The notes under the pieces were generated by a model that was given only the letters and a program-made list of their open reading frames with translations, was not told where the DNA came from and searched no databases. A DNA stretch of 64,000 bases. Origin: Eremomyces bilateralis CBS 781.70. Lineage: Eukaryota. Shown piece by piece: positions 48,613 to 60,894 of this stretch. Position 1 is the first letter of the stretch. Every line of letters begins with the position of its first letter. The stretch lies in NCBI GenBank assembly GCA_010015585.1, contig ML975167.1. One strand, 5' to 3'. A program made the translations under genes and the position numbers.

Positions 48613-50718
48613 TCATACAGAAAAATGCCAGATGACGCCCGACAACGTAAAGCAAACAAGTAGCAACGTTGGTGGCAGTTTCAAGACATGGCCTCCATTT
48701 ACTTTATCAGTGTCCTTGTACTTGCTGTCAATCGTAAATCCGTAGTCAATGGTGTCAATATTAAGGTCCTTCCAGGTATCCCTGAACTGCGTTTTGCATG
48801 ACACAAGTAAAGTCTGAAACCCGTGCATGTTAGCCGCCTTCACGAAACGTTTGGTATCCTGACAATTCGGCCCTGTTATAGAAACAAATCGTCAGCTTCA
48901 TCGGAACCGGAGCAGCACCAATAGAGGATCGTTGGCATACCACAACAGCATGGAAGCTTTCCTGTTGAAACGACTCTTTTCGAGGGAGAAGTCCATTGAG
49001 AATTGAAGTTCCGCTTTCCCGTATCGCAAACAGGGATGGTAAAAGTACCTGAAAGACAATTAATGATTTTGGACATCGGACGTAGTCCTCACAACAAGAC
49101 GTACCACTGAAGCCGGCACCTTCTTTAAAAGGGGAGACGGCTTGGTTGGAGATGGCCATTTCGATTACTTGACGGATACCTTGATCATAGGTGTAATTCG
49201 TCGGCGCAAACCTCCAGGCACCCACCGAAGCCTTGACGATATCCTATGTCGTGTCAGTGAATATAACCCCATAGTTAGATGAGCGGTCATACCTCTCCTG
49301 TGATGAAGTAAGGCGCACCGCGAAGCTTATCGAGGCCCCACGGTTGTTCGACATGCCCTTTGATGTTGCCGTCCTCTTGATACCTGAGCATAGTAAGATA
49401 CTGGAGTTAATTCCTCACCGTTCATGGAATCGCACCTGTAAAGATAATACACGGCCTTCTCCTCAGGCGAGTAGTACCGGCCTTGGTTAGGACCTGATTT
49501 GTCGTTCGGGTTATCGGTTTCTGTCCTAGTGATATATATTTTCTGGGTGCTGTTTCGGTCAGTGATGAACTTCCGGTATACATGGGGGCAACTCACCTCC
49601 AGCCTGAGTTGACTAATCTTGCAGCCAGCTGGTTGGATGAAAAGCTCTCAACTTGAGCAATGCTCGGGAAACTGCCTCCGTTCACAAACGATCCATCTTG
49701 GAAGTAATCACTGAAACCAGTTAGTGAGGTCTAAAGCGACCGAAGTCGACAGTGACTTAGGATGGAGCAGGAACCCCATACAGAATATCGTTATTCCGTG
49801 CGTCCTGTCGGCCAGCAAAGGTGTCGTTTGCCCAAAGTTCTAGGGCTTCTCTTGCGTCCGAAAAGACGGTCGCAGAATAGTTATTGATCTGTTGGATCGT
49901 ATACATCTCCTGGGATAATTGTTGAGCGAGTGGGCTTCGATCGTCAGCAACCGCCTGTCAATTCTGTGGAATGGGACGCACTCGGCTGTCAGTGTAGACA
50001 CTGCCTCGCTTCCTCCACCGGCGATGGCCCCTATCCCTCGCGCAACCGTGGCAGCAGGACCTAGACCGGGGACGAAGGCCAACAAGATGGAAAACACAAG
50101 CAAGGTCCATCGTATCGCCTCGGAAGCTGTGATCCGAGGATCGGAGTAAGGAAATGCGATCTTCGCAACGTTGTCGATTTGGTTGGTGAAGGATATTTGG
50201 CCTTTCGTAAGCCCTTCCTGCGAAAGTCTGACGTTGGGGACGCTATGCATGAAGCGAACCGGGTCGGCTTACGTCGATCAGATTATAGTAGGTGTTGAGG
50301 TTGACGGTAGATTGAAGCGCATGAAACGTCCATGGATCGTCGCTATTCGCCTCAAATGCTATCTATAGTCAGTCTAAGCGACGCGATTAAGGTATGATAA
50401 AGGCTTACCTGTGCATCCAGGGGTTGTGCAACTGCCTATCCACCCAATGCCGCACCTGAATCCGAGTTTGTGTTCGCCAAACGTTTTCCCCAGCTCATTT
50501 GCAAAGTTCACGTTCGTTCTATCAGGGATCGCCGTCCACCACTCTGATAGTTTCGTGTCTGTGTTCGCCTGAATGTAGGCCTGGGCATTGGGTTGCCAGA
50601 TCTGGCTGGATTGGCAGCCAGACATGGTCGTCACTCGTCCAGACGAGTCGATATCGCCGCGAGCGGAACAAGATAGAGGGATCGTTGACACTGACAAACC
50701 TAGGCCGCCATCGCCCAT
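48613..50718 (-). CDS. Cryptic 10-exon, 536-aa hypothetical protein with an internal hydrophobic hairpin, Cys-rich C-domain and GPI-like tail
   Basis: Exons 50718-50409, 50358-50273, 50217-49982, 49934-49782, 49710-49597, 49549-49436, 49383-49293, 49243-49105, 49048-48941 and 48872-48613. Nine GT..AG introns of 47-71 nt; phases are consistent; 1611 nt with no internal stop. Start codon is uncertain (50718 or 50625). Confidence 0.85.
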
Positions 50719-51716
50719 TGTTTAATGACATTTTGTTGTCTGGACTCAGCCTCAGCCTTGTCCTGAAAATATCATGGACTGTCACGACATGCATGAGCAT
50801 CTGATTTTAGCGACGGTCGAGGCCTGGCTTTACCACGCCCACTCGAATCAAATGCCCAATCGAAACGCGCCATTGCCACCAAACGTCGGCTGAGATTAGG
50901 TTTGTGGCTTCCAATGGAGTGAGTCTTGCATGTCCAGAGCTCCTGATATTATCGCATTCTTGACGCTGCACAATTCGATGCTCGGCTGGCTAATACTTAT
51001 ACAGCCTAGCGTCGCGCCTCATCACCAGTTTGAGCTCAATTAAGTCGCCGATATGGAGCCTGGATTTGTCCACAAGATAATAGGATGCCAGCCCTTGGAT
51101 GCCTCTCGAAGCTAAGCTCTCCCGATCATCTCTTTGAATTCAAAGGCGCGGAGGTATGCCTCCGTTGCAACAGGTAAAGGGAAGGGAAGGAAGCCAGGTC
51201 TCATATACAGGTTCACACGTGATTGATAATCCTAAGTCCTCTTGGCGGCCAAGAGACAATGTTTTGATACACGCTACATGAGAACATCACCAGGGTCACA
51301 TGGTAGGACTTGTACTATGAGCAACTGAAACGCGCTTTTGTGGTGATCACCTTGCCCTAACCAAACCACGAGAGCATCGGAACGTTTGTCGGAATCCAAT
51401 AGTAAACATGCCAATGTTGGGATATTAATATCATTTTCCAAGGAAATTGTGCTCTGTGTCCAGTTCCCACGAAGTTTGGTTCCCGGGGGGTATGGTTTGC
51501 GGAATGAGTTCATGGCGAAATAAAGGACAGCACCAGGAGGTTCTGCTTAATTTGAAACCTGGGGATCTATATGGATCTAGCCATCCTAGAGTAGATCATC
51601 TTAGCGTTTTAGAATGAAGGAATGGACAAAGATGTATTCTTCGACACCAGGTCTGACGATGAGGTCGCCTTGGTCCTTTAGTCCCAATGTTGGTTTGGTA
51701 GACTGCCGTCGTTGTC

Positions 51717-53035
51717 ATGGCTTCACGTCGAGGAATAACGTTCCTCTGGAACATCGTCATTCTTTTCAGCATCCTTATCGATGCCATCGTTCTTTTCCCC
51801 AAAAATTACCAGGCCCCAGACCGACTGGGCCCACGGCAAGCCACCCACGCCTGCAAACTCCCGGCCAAGCGAGGAGCATATCTCACCGAGGGGTTCAGCT
51901 CGACATCGACCTTCATCAAAACCATCGGGGTCACGAAGGCGGCCGTAATCTTCATCGACTTTCCAGATACCCCTGCTACGGATACCGTGCAGAGTCTCTA
52001 TGACAACCTGCTCCCGGGAGGTGCGCAATTCTTTAACATCTCCTCGTATGGGCAAATGCAACTGGAAGCGGTGTCGGACATGAAGTTTCATCGCATGCCT
52101 CAGGCGAGCACAGGCTATCGTTGGGATCGGGAGACGTTCAGTGGGACTAGCCAGCTTCGATATATCAAAGACGCAATCGCCGCAGCCGGAGGTGGTACGC
52201 CCTATACGGGGTGTGAAGTGCTGTATATCATACCCACGCGGGCAGCGCGGTCCATTGGGTTCTCGCCGACATCGATGGGGGCAGCCACACTGGGTGACGG
52301 GACTCAGGTGAAGAGCGTTGTGACATTCGGACAGGACCAATGGTCATGGGGTTACGGAGTCCTGAACCATGAGACCGGCCATGTACGTCTTGAGCGTTGT
52401 ATAAAGTGTGATGTATCCACTAATAGTGTGATAGACGATGGGCCTCCCCGATCTATATCCGATGGATTCTGCCGGGCGTCCAACGGAATATTATGTCGGT
52501 GGATGGGACCTGATGGGTTCGTAATCGTGGCTACGAACATATCGGCATCTGCTCACGCCTCGCAGGACTCATTTCCGGCACTTCCCCTGATTTCTTCGCC
52601 TGGCACAAATGGAAACTTGGCTGGATCGAGGATGACCAAGTCGCGTGCATAGGTACAAAGGGCACGTCGAGTTTCACAATCAGCCCGATTGAAAGAGCGG
52701 AGGGTATTAAAGCGGTCGCCGTGCGAGTCAGCGATACCAAAGCCATTGTCATGGAAGTAAGGTCGAAAGAGGGGTTGAGCACGGACTCCTGTACAGTAGG
52801 ATTGTTACTGTACTCCGTTGACACGGAGGCCGAGAGCGGTACAGGCCCTGTGCGTGTCCTCAACACGAAGCCGTCCTCAAGGGGTTGTTCCCCTTCGAAG
52901 GGTGGGGAGTTGACTAGCGCAGCGTACGACTTCGCAAAAGCTGAAACGAAGATTGGAGTTGCGGCGAACGGCATCAGTGTTCAGATCACTGGTGTCCAGA
53001 ACGGGGAATATCGAGTTTCGGTGACCTGGCAATAG
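51717..53035 (+). CDS. Secreted M6-family (immune inhibitor A-like) zinc metalloprotease; 3 exons
   Basis: N-terminal hydrophobic signal/anchor; AVIFIDFPD; FFNISSYG. Introns 52383-52434 and 52517-52565 give VLNHETGH|TMGLPDLYP..VGGWDLMG|LISGTSPDFFAWHKWKLGWI, i.e. the HExxHxxGLPD and Met-turn signatures of M6. Confidence 0.9.
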
Positions 53036-53169
53036 ACCCAACAGATTATGGTAGCAGAAATCCCGTAACAACACAGGCTGATGAGTCGATATATGCTGCT
53101 ATGATTCGCGTTGCTAACAAGGACATAATTAAACTGTGTCGATGTTTCCTACCCATCCCGTATCGGTGT

Positions 53170-55763
53170 CTAGGCAAGAGTACCGAATAGAAGGTATGTC
53201 CTCTTCCAGTAGTCTGCGGCGCTTTTGGAGATCTTCTCAATCGAAGCTTTCTCTAGTCCAGAAGCGTCCTGGACGGCATTCATGAATGGGAAATCTTGGT
53301 CATTTGATCCGTGGCCTTGTCCCTGTCGTAGAGCACAGGACAGGTACGCCGCGTCATAAAGAAGTGCGACAAGCCTTTGCTTCTTGAGCTCCTCGGATTG
53401 GGCGTTGTCCGCATTGTCTCCAACGTTGTCCTCCTCGGCGACGAATTGATCTGATGCAATTGTATCGGCAGGCTGGTGCTTGAGAACTTCGACGGAGTCC
53501 TGGATGGATTTGCCTATCTCTTCAGCGACCCAGTTCTTCAACGCGGATTTGGCTGCCTGTCCCCAAAGATCAGGGCCTTGGATGGACAACTCTGCTGCTA
53601 AGCTCTTCAACAGCCTTATAGCTAATGGAGTTGGGGTCGTAGGAAACTTCGGTTCCCCTTCCCACAGCTGGACAAGCGCCAGAGCCTGTGTTGAATGGGC
53701 GAACCTGTGAAGAGCCTTCCCGAATGTGACTGCAGGCCTTCCAGCCACTAGCTCCGCCAATACGCGATGAAGACTGGCTGATAGTAACGCACTCTCAGAA
53801 GTGAGTGCAAACAACTGAGAGTCCACAGATTGTCGTCTCTGTTTTCCTTCGGCTGGAGCAAACAAAGCTGGCAGTGCTGATCGGATTTCTCGCAAACACC
53901 GCAGGAGATAGACTGTCCTTCTCAATTTTGCGCCGTGTTCCGAATTCGGTATGCTTTGGAGTCGCTCGAGTATCCGCTCGAACTCCTCGTGCATTGATCG
54001 CATAGTCGCTTGAAGGCCTTCATTAAGGGCTTTATCGAGCAGATCTGGATCCTCTACTCCTAAAGCGGTCTGTATGCGACTACGATGGGCAACGGCATCG
54101 TCTACTTCCTCCTCTTCCTCGTCATCATCCATCAGCTCATCATCAAGGTCATCAAATTCATCGTCCCACCTGAGATCTCGCATGGCCCGCAGCGCAACCT
54201 GTGCCCGTTCGATCTCTCCCGACCAACTTCCGAAGAGATCCGCAACGGTCATCACTGCCTCCGTTCGACCGTGATATCTGTCTACCACGACGCTCTTAAA
54301 TTGTCGGCCACCATCTCGAAGTGGTATGTCTGTAGCATCCGATGACCAGAGCGACGGGGCGATCTCGGCCAACTCCTCATCCGAAGACAGGCCTTTTTTG
54401 ATCGTTGCGACAATCCTTGATAGACTTGATGTGTGAATTCGGATCTTTGCAACGATCACTTCGACAAGGAGTTGCCTCAGGCGTACCAAGACTTCTTTTC
54501 TACTAATCGGTGGCTGTTTTCCACGGCTTCTTCGGAATAGTACGTGATTTGATGCCCGCATCCATGCCTCAAGCAGCGAGCGCCGGATTGATATGAGACC
54601 CTCGAGGTGTTCTTGTCTGGTGAGATTGTTTCGGAGGCCTGCCAAAAGTATGTCCAGCGTTGACGACGCCCATACCTGCAGGATGGTCTGGCATTCTGCA
54701 TCACCAAGCTCCGTTGTTCTGGGCCACGGTTTAAAAGCCCGGACTTCTGGAATTACCCATTCATTACGACTGTCCAGGTCCAGTTCTGGAATGCTTCGCA
54801 CTAATGGGTCAGAAAGCAACGGTTGCGACTTCAGTTTCCTCAAGGCCGCAGTGAGACCGGACGGGAATATTCGGATCGTCTGCGTTAGAGTAGAGACATA
54901 GATCTGTAATGCTTGAAACGGGGCATCCAGATGTGAAGTTGCAGCGGAGACACCCTCATCCATAACCGATCTTTTTAAGATAGATTGAATGGTATCTCGG
55001 CGGACAGTATGGAAATATTTGAGTGTATCCGTGGTGGTGGATGAGGTGGCCAAGGAATAGGCGCACATTGCGTCGACTAGATCGTGTGTTTCAATGGCAT
55101 CATCCGCAAATGTGGCCTTGATAGCGTTCAGCAACTTGCGCCGTCGTGAAGTCAACCGTCGAAGCAACTTGTCCAAGAAGGGCGTCGCATTGGCATCGGT
55201 GGAGAGGGCTTTGTGAAGGAGTCTCGACAAGACTATAATCTTTGCAGCTAGGAGGTAGGACCGTGACTTCAAAAGCCGAGATATGACCGCGGGACACGCT
55301 TGGAGAATCGAGACTTGGGCTGCGAACGAGTACTCCTCTTTCTCTTGGGGTATATTAGCTTGCGGTTCGCACAGCAGGTAGTTCTTCGCACCTTGCGCTC
55401 TATATTCCATCTCCAGCCTTTCATAGCTTTTGAATAGCCTCTCCACGGCCGTAGAATTGCACTTTTGTCCAACCTGTCCTAAGGTTCTCTCAACGCGGGT
55501 CATGGTTTCGTCCATGGAGATGATCTGTTCCGCAGTCCCAAGCAGCTCGCGGTAGGACGCCCTATGAAGTCCGGTATTAGAAAGAGTACAGTATAAGTCC
55601 GAGAGAAGACGTCATCTTACCCGACCAAATTGCGAAGCTGGTCGCGATTCTCATCGGCATTGTGTCGAAGGTCCTGCTCGAATCTACGGACGGTAGGGAT
55701 GGGATACTTGAATTCGTCCTCCCAAGATTTGAAGGTCTTGGGATCTGGGGTTTCGGTGGCCAT
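53170..55763 (-). CDS. COG1: Conserved oligomeric Golgi complex subunit 1 (N-terminal Vps51/Vps67-like domain); 2 exons
   Basis: MATETPDPKTFKSWEDEFKYPIPTVRRFEQDLR..LRNLVG|ASYRELLGTAEQI; LLAAKIIVLSRLL; LWEGEPKFP; C-terminal YWKRTYLLFGTL; intron ~55620-55562. Confidence 0.85.
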
Positions 55764-56285
55764 TGTGCATTTGTTCGCAAGCTAGCTTTGAAGGAATGAT
55801 ATGGGATAATATCGAGTACCAGATACTGAACATGTGTAAGGTGGTGTGCCCTGTGGTTTGTACGTTCTTTAAGTCCGATTAAGGTTTGGTTTAACTTTGG
55901 TTTAACCTTAACCCCAGCGTCGTTTACGGTTCAACTGTGGGGCTGCATATATCGTCATTTCGCGCGGTTGCTGATCAACCGTCCTTCACATACTAACATA
56001 CTGTCATTTGAATCTTATACTAAACATTAGCGGTATATTGAAATCCTCCTGGGCTCTATTGTCCTGGATCTTAGGTCATTGTATTGCCCTTTTGGTGCAG
56101 TTTTACCTGTCAGCGTTGTTCGACTCCGCGACCTGTATATACCGCAAACCACAGCAAAAGTCACCTATTTGAGGATTGCGCCTGAGGCAATATCATTTCA
56201 AGCAATCTAGGAGGCCTCATGTCCGGTAGGCCGATAAACATGAGCTAGACTTGGAGATCGAGACTTCACTTAGCATGATCTAAGC

Positions 56286-57839
56286 ATGGCAGAAGGCGAA
56301 GCGCGGGCGTCGGAGGACGCCATGGAGCTCGACTCTCCGAACGACAGGTCTTCTAGGACCGCCGAAGCCGCCCCTCAACCTCGAAAGGACTCGATATCAA
56401 TCCAGAACCATAACCCAGCCAAGCCTCCCTTCCCTCCTCACAACGCTCCGAGAGTCTGGTTTATGACCGCCCTTACCGCCCCCATAGCGATCGGCCTCGC
56501 ACGGCTAGTTCTGGCGCATGGAGACTACGTGGTCGGGGGCGTGATCCCGTCCGAATTCGCCGGCGAGCGAGGCGAAGAGCTGCGCGCGTTCCTTGACGAG
56601 GTACGGGTCCAGGGCGTGGGCGGAGGGCGGAAACGATCCGGGTCGGGTGTAGGCAGCCCGGAGTCGAGTGAAAAGGAAGGGGGCGGCAGCACGGAGAGCT
56701 CGGGCGACGGGAAAAAAACTGGCGCGAAGAGGTGGCAGGATCGGGTGCGCGTGGTCGCAATGGATGGACGGATCATCGGGCAATGCCAGGCGGCGGTGGC
56801 GGAGGCGGTCGAAGCGTTCGGGGGGGTGGATATACTTCTGGGATGCACGAGCGAGTGCGTGATCGGGTCAGTGGAGGAGTTGGCGCAGTCGAACCGGACG
56901 CAGTCGCTCATGCGCGAGCAGTTTGAGACGAACTTCTTCTCCAACGTGAACGTTATCAAGGCCGCGCTGCCGAGCATGAGACGGAAAAGTAACGGCCATA
57001 TTATTATGTTGACGGGAATAAGTAAGTACCTCCAATGAATCCCGGCTGGGTTATTGCTAACGCTGAGAAGCTGGCCATTTAGGGACTCCTGGGCTTGGAG
57101 CATACTGTGCTTCACAATGGGCCATCGAGGGTTATTGCGATGTGAGTAGCGTACCATGAGCCTTGGGGATTCTGCTAACACGCACAAGAGTTTGGCATAT
57201 GAGATCGCCCCGTTCAATATCAAGATGACGATCGTGCAGCCCAACCTCGAGATCAACGTCTTATCCAACAAGATCACCTCCGCACCCCCGCTGAGTTCCT
57301 ATTCACCCGACACCAACCCGGCGCCTCTGTGTCGCGACATTATCGGCGGTCTCCTCGACAAGCTGTGCGATAGCGTCGGGTACCATCCCCACTCCCATGA
57401 GCCGAAGGGGACGTCGCAATTGCAAACCGAGGAGCAGAGTTCGGCAGAGCACGACGCACAAAATTTAGATAACCTGAACGAACCCACCACCGGCAATGTT
57501 CCCGACGGCGCCGATCATGACGCTGAAGACGACAACATGGACGACGCGTCCGAGGACGACCAGGCCGCCCACCTGTCATCCTTCCTGTCCTCTCCGCACA
57601 CGGAGTCGATTTTCCCCCCGTTGCCCACCACCCTCCGACAAGCGCTCATCGCGGAGACGTGCTTCGCCATCGCGGCGATTGGAGGCCATGACAACCCGCC
57701 AGCACGGCACATTGTGGGGTTCGAAGGCATTGCGGCGGTGCGGGAGAAGTTGAAGACGGTGAGTGAGGAGCTGGAGGACTTTATAGACGTTAGTTGTGCA
57801 GCGGATTTGACTGCTGGTGGAGATACCGAAACATATTAG
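56286..57839 (+). CDS. Atypical short-chain dehydrogenase/reductase-fold protein; 3 exons
   Basis: PRVWFMTA, AVEAFGGVDIL, QFETNFFSNVNVIKAALPSMR..GHII, GHLGTPGLGAYCASQWAIEGYCD|SLAYEIAPFNIKMTIVQP and HDNPPARHIVG; introns at ~57021-57070 and ~57142-57188. Confidence 0.85.
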
Positions 57840-58132
57840 TGAGAATGGTGTAACAGTTAATATTCGCTGCAGAGGGTGTGGCGAAACGGCCAGGATGCGC
57901 AAGCCATACAATAAGCTACCATTTTTGAGCGTTTCGTCACGCTAACGTTGAATGCGTTGAGAAGCTATCTGCTCCCTGGAGTGAATCCCATCAGTAAACA
58001 AGGCCAGATTCCTACAACGCCCCCGCGATTTGCTAGACAGTAACACCGACACTATCCAAAGTCTACCTTTCGCCTGTGAGTAGACAATCATATTTTTACA
58101 TAATCGGGTTTCGAGACTGACATAACCCGCAC

Positions 58133-59972
58133 TCATGCCCCCTCCCCTGCAGTCCCAGCATCCTTGCTCCCGGATTTTTCTTCTGCTACAGCCTTACTAG
58201 CGATCTCCTCTTCAAGGGCCTCCGATACCTCCGGAGGCGCTGCCGTCTCTCCCATCGCATCCGCAACCGTCGTTTCCACCGCAGCATCGCTAGGCTCCTC
58301 GGCGCTTTCACCGGCAAGATGCCTTTCTAAGCTCCCAAAAAGGTCCGGACTGTCGGCGGCAGGCTTGCTGACTATCTCGATAGCCTCCTGCGTCTCTTCC
58401 ACAGTCTGGGTCACCAACGCGCCCGGCTTTGTCTCTGGATCCGAAATCTCAGCAGCTGCGGGGGCGGATTCATCCACGGGGTCCTCCTGCTTCGGCTCGG
58501 TCTCCGGCACAACAGGTGATGCGACCTTTTCGGATGGCGGTTCGGGTTGTTCGGAGGTGGTGGGAGTGACCGAGATATCCTCCCGTAGAGGTCCTTGACT
58601 GTCTTGCGTCTCGGCTAGGGGCATTTCGGGGGAGTTGGATTTCGACGGTTCGCTTTTATTTGGTGGGGTCAGACCGGACGTCATCGGGATGTCGGTATCC
58701 GAGGTGACTAGAAGATTGGTTGCGGAACTGGAGAGGTTGATGTCGGAAGATGGGTTCGAAGGTAAAAGGTCCGAATCTGTGGGTTGTGTCAACATAGCGT
58801 CAGATGTGATGACGCCACCTGTTTGACTAGACGAATGTGTTGAAGGAGCTACATCGGGGGAAGTCCGCGAGATAGCAATACTAGGAGGTTGTTCGGATGC
58901 CGGGATCGTAGGCACTTCAGTCGCACCTTCACCATCCTCGACGCCTGACGACAACTCCCCATCTTCTCGGTCATCCTTATCTCCTTCTTCGCCGTCCTCG
59001 CTTTCTTCGTCGTCTTCATCGCCCGCGTCTCCCATCGGTGTATCGCCGTCGGCGGATGGCGCACTCGACGACTCAACGTTGCCAAGAGGCGGAACGGTGA
59101 GCTTAGATGGGTCCGCCGCCCCTTCGGTGCCTGGTCCCGCGTTTTCGGTAGACGGTTCAATCACGACCTTCTTCCTACCTCTCCCGGGACCACTCCTTTT
59201 CGGCTTTCTACGAGGAGGCGGAGGTTTCCTCTTGACTGGCGCTGGCAGCTCTCCCGCAACGACCAAGCCTTCCTCGTTCACTACACCAACGCCCTCAACA
59301 ATTGTACCGGGTACAGCAGGAGGCACAACAACGGGTACGTTTTCGGGAATCGCTTCTTCGTTCAACACTTCGCCTTCCACGGTCTGGCCCTCGGGCACAA
59401 GCACTTCGTATATCTTAAGGTTTCCGTCGGCGTCGGCCTTCTGGACCTTTGTCTTCCTCATCGGCCCGCCCGCAATGCCATCGATATTCAAGCCGTTTGT
59501 CGACGTGGCCAGACCTTTCCTCCGTTTCGCAAGGTACTCGCGTTCCGGTTCTTCCAAATGGCGAGGAACAACGCTCCATTTCTTCACCGCAAAGCCACGT
59601 TCGCTCTCTTTCGGCTCTTCATCCTCATTTTCTTTCTCGTCCTCCTCGGCGCCGCCAGGGGTCGCCTTATATAACCAACCCGCCCGTGCCGCGCGGAGCA
59701 ACTGTTGCGAATGTTCGGGAAGTAGATGGGACTCCCTGGGCATGGACAACTCGGGCCAGGCGTTTTTCTTTGATTGCGTTGTGGAACCTGGTGGGGCGCC
59801 GACGGTTGTTTCCACCTGACGCCATTGTCGGACGGGGAGACCCTCGAAGACGTCGTGTTCGGCTTGGACTCGCCCTGACCTAGCGGAGCGGCCAGTTGGT
59901 CGAAACTAACTCGAAGTGAGAAGCAAGAATTTACCTGGTTGGTTTAACATAATATGCATCATCCCACGACAT
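58133..59972 (-). CDS. Conserved fungal nuclear-type hypothetical protein (acidic, disordered C-half); start uncertain
   Basis: Best model: exon 1 from ATG 59972 MSWDDAYYVKPTR, intron GTAAAT..TAG, then SGRVQAEHDVFEGLPVRQWRQVETTVG..WPELSMPRESHLL..QLLRAARAG..FAVKKWSVVPRHLEEPEREYLAKRRKGL; basic NLS-like patch RRKPKRSGPGRGRKK. Confidence 0.75.
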
Positions 59973-60894
59973 TTTCCAATGATTTATGAATGGACGATAG
60001 TTGGCAAACTGAATGAGGAAGAATGATAACAGTAGCAAAGAGAGTGAGGCAAACAAATGCAAACAACTGCATGTGTTTTCCAGCCTATAGACATTAAGGT
60101 CATAGGAGTAGTACCCTTAGAAGGTGCCATGCGCGTGCAGGCACCATCTATGAATGTCTTCATCACGAACGTTAAGGAGGAACGTGCCTTGCCCTTTCTG
60201 GCTGTAGAAAAACCGAAGCAGAGAACCAATGGAATGTAGTGAATAGGAAGGGATCAACACTGCTGAAGGGGCCGCCGAGCTGGTCGAGAAATGGGGGAGG
60301 ACATAAGAGATGAAGCAGATAGTACATACCGAAGTCATAGCCAGGAGCGAGGCGGACAAAGCGCCTCCAATGGGAATCGAGGTGGGAATCGATACGGGAA
60401 CGGCGAATGCAGGGCGTGGCGTTCCTGCAATTCTCGATTGATGGAGTGAATTGGAGGATCCGGATTGTTCTACGTGTTGCGCTGATGCAGGCGATGGATG
60501 CGATGCGATAATGCAAGGAGACGTTTGAGACAACTGAAGGACGCGAAGTTGCGCGTGTTTTGGTGTGACAGCCAATCAGGTGCAAGGCCAAGTCAGGTAC
60601 CATATCACGTGACACAACTGTGATATCAATTTGTGATCTGGCCGTGCTGGCCTGGAGTGACGCAGCACGGATAGCCTTCCATGTGATAGTGACAGAGTTG
60701 GAGGCAAGAAGTTGGATTGATATGATATACATAGAGGTGCTGGATATCTTGTACAAATTGGTACAAACGGGAAACCCCAACCCAGACGCTGTACGAGGTG
60801 CCAAATCCTATATTGAGGAGACGGGAGTCTCAAGCGCCTTCATCCCGAGAAGAAATTGCCGGTTGCCGGTATATATACTACAGGGCCAGTTTTC

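Noticed and set aside
48613..50718. First impression of a fragmented pseudogene
   Set aside because: All fragments splice into an intact frame.
55879..55911. TTAAGGTT..AACCTTAA inverted repeat with an internal TTTGGTTTAAC duplication in the COG1/SDR promoter
   Set aside because: Too short to call a MITE or a defined binding site.
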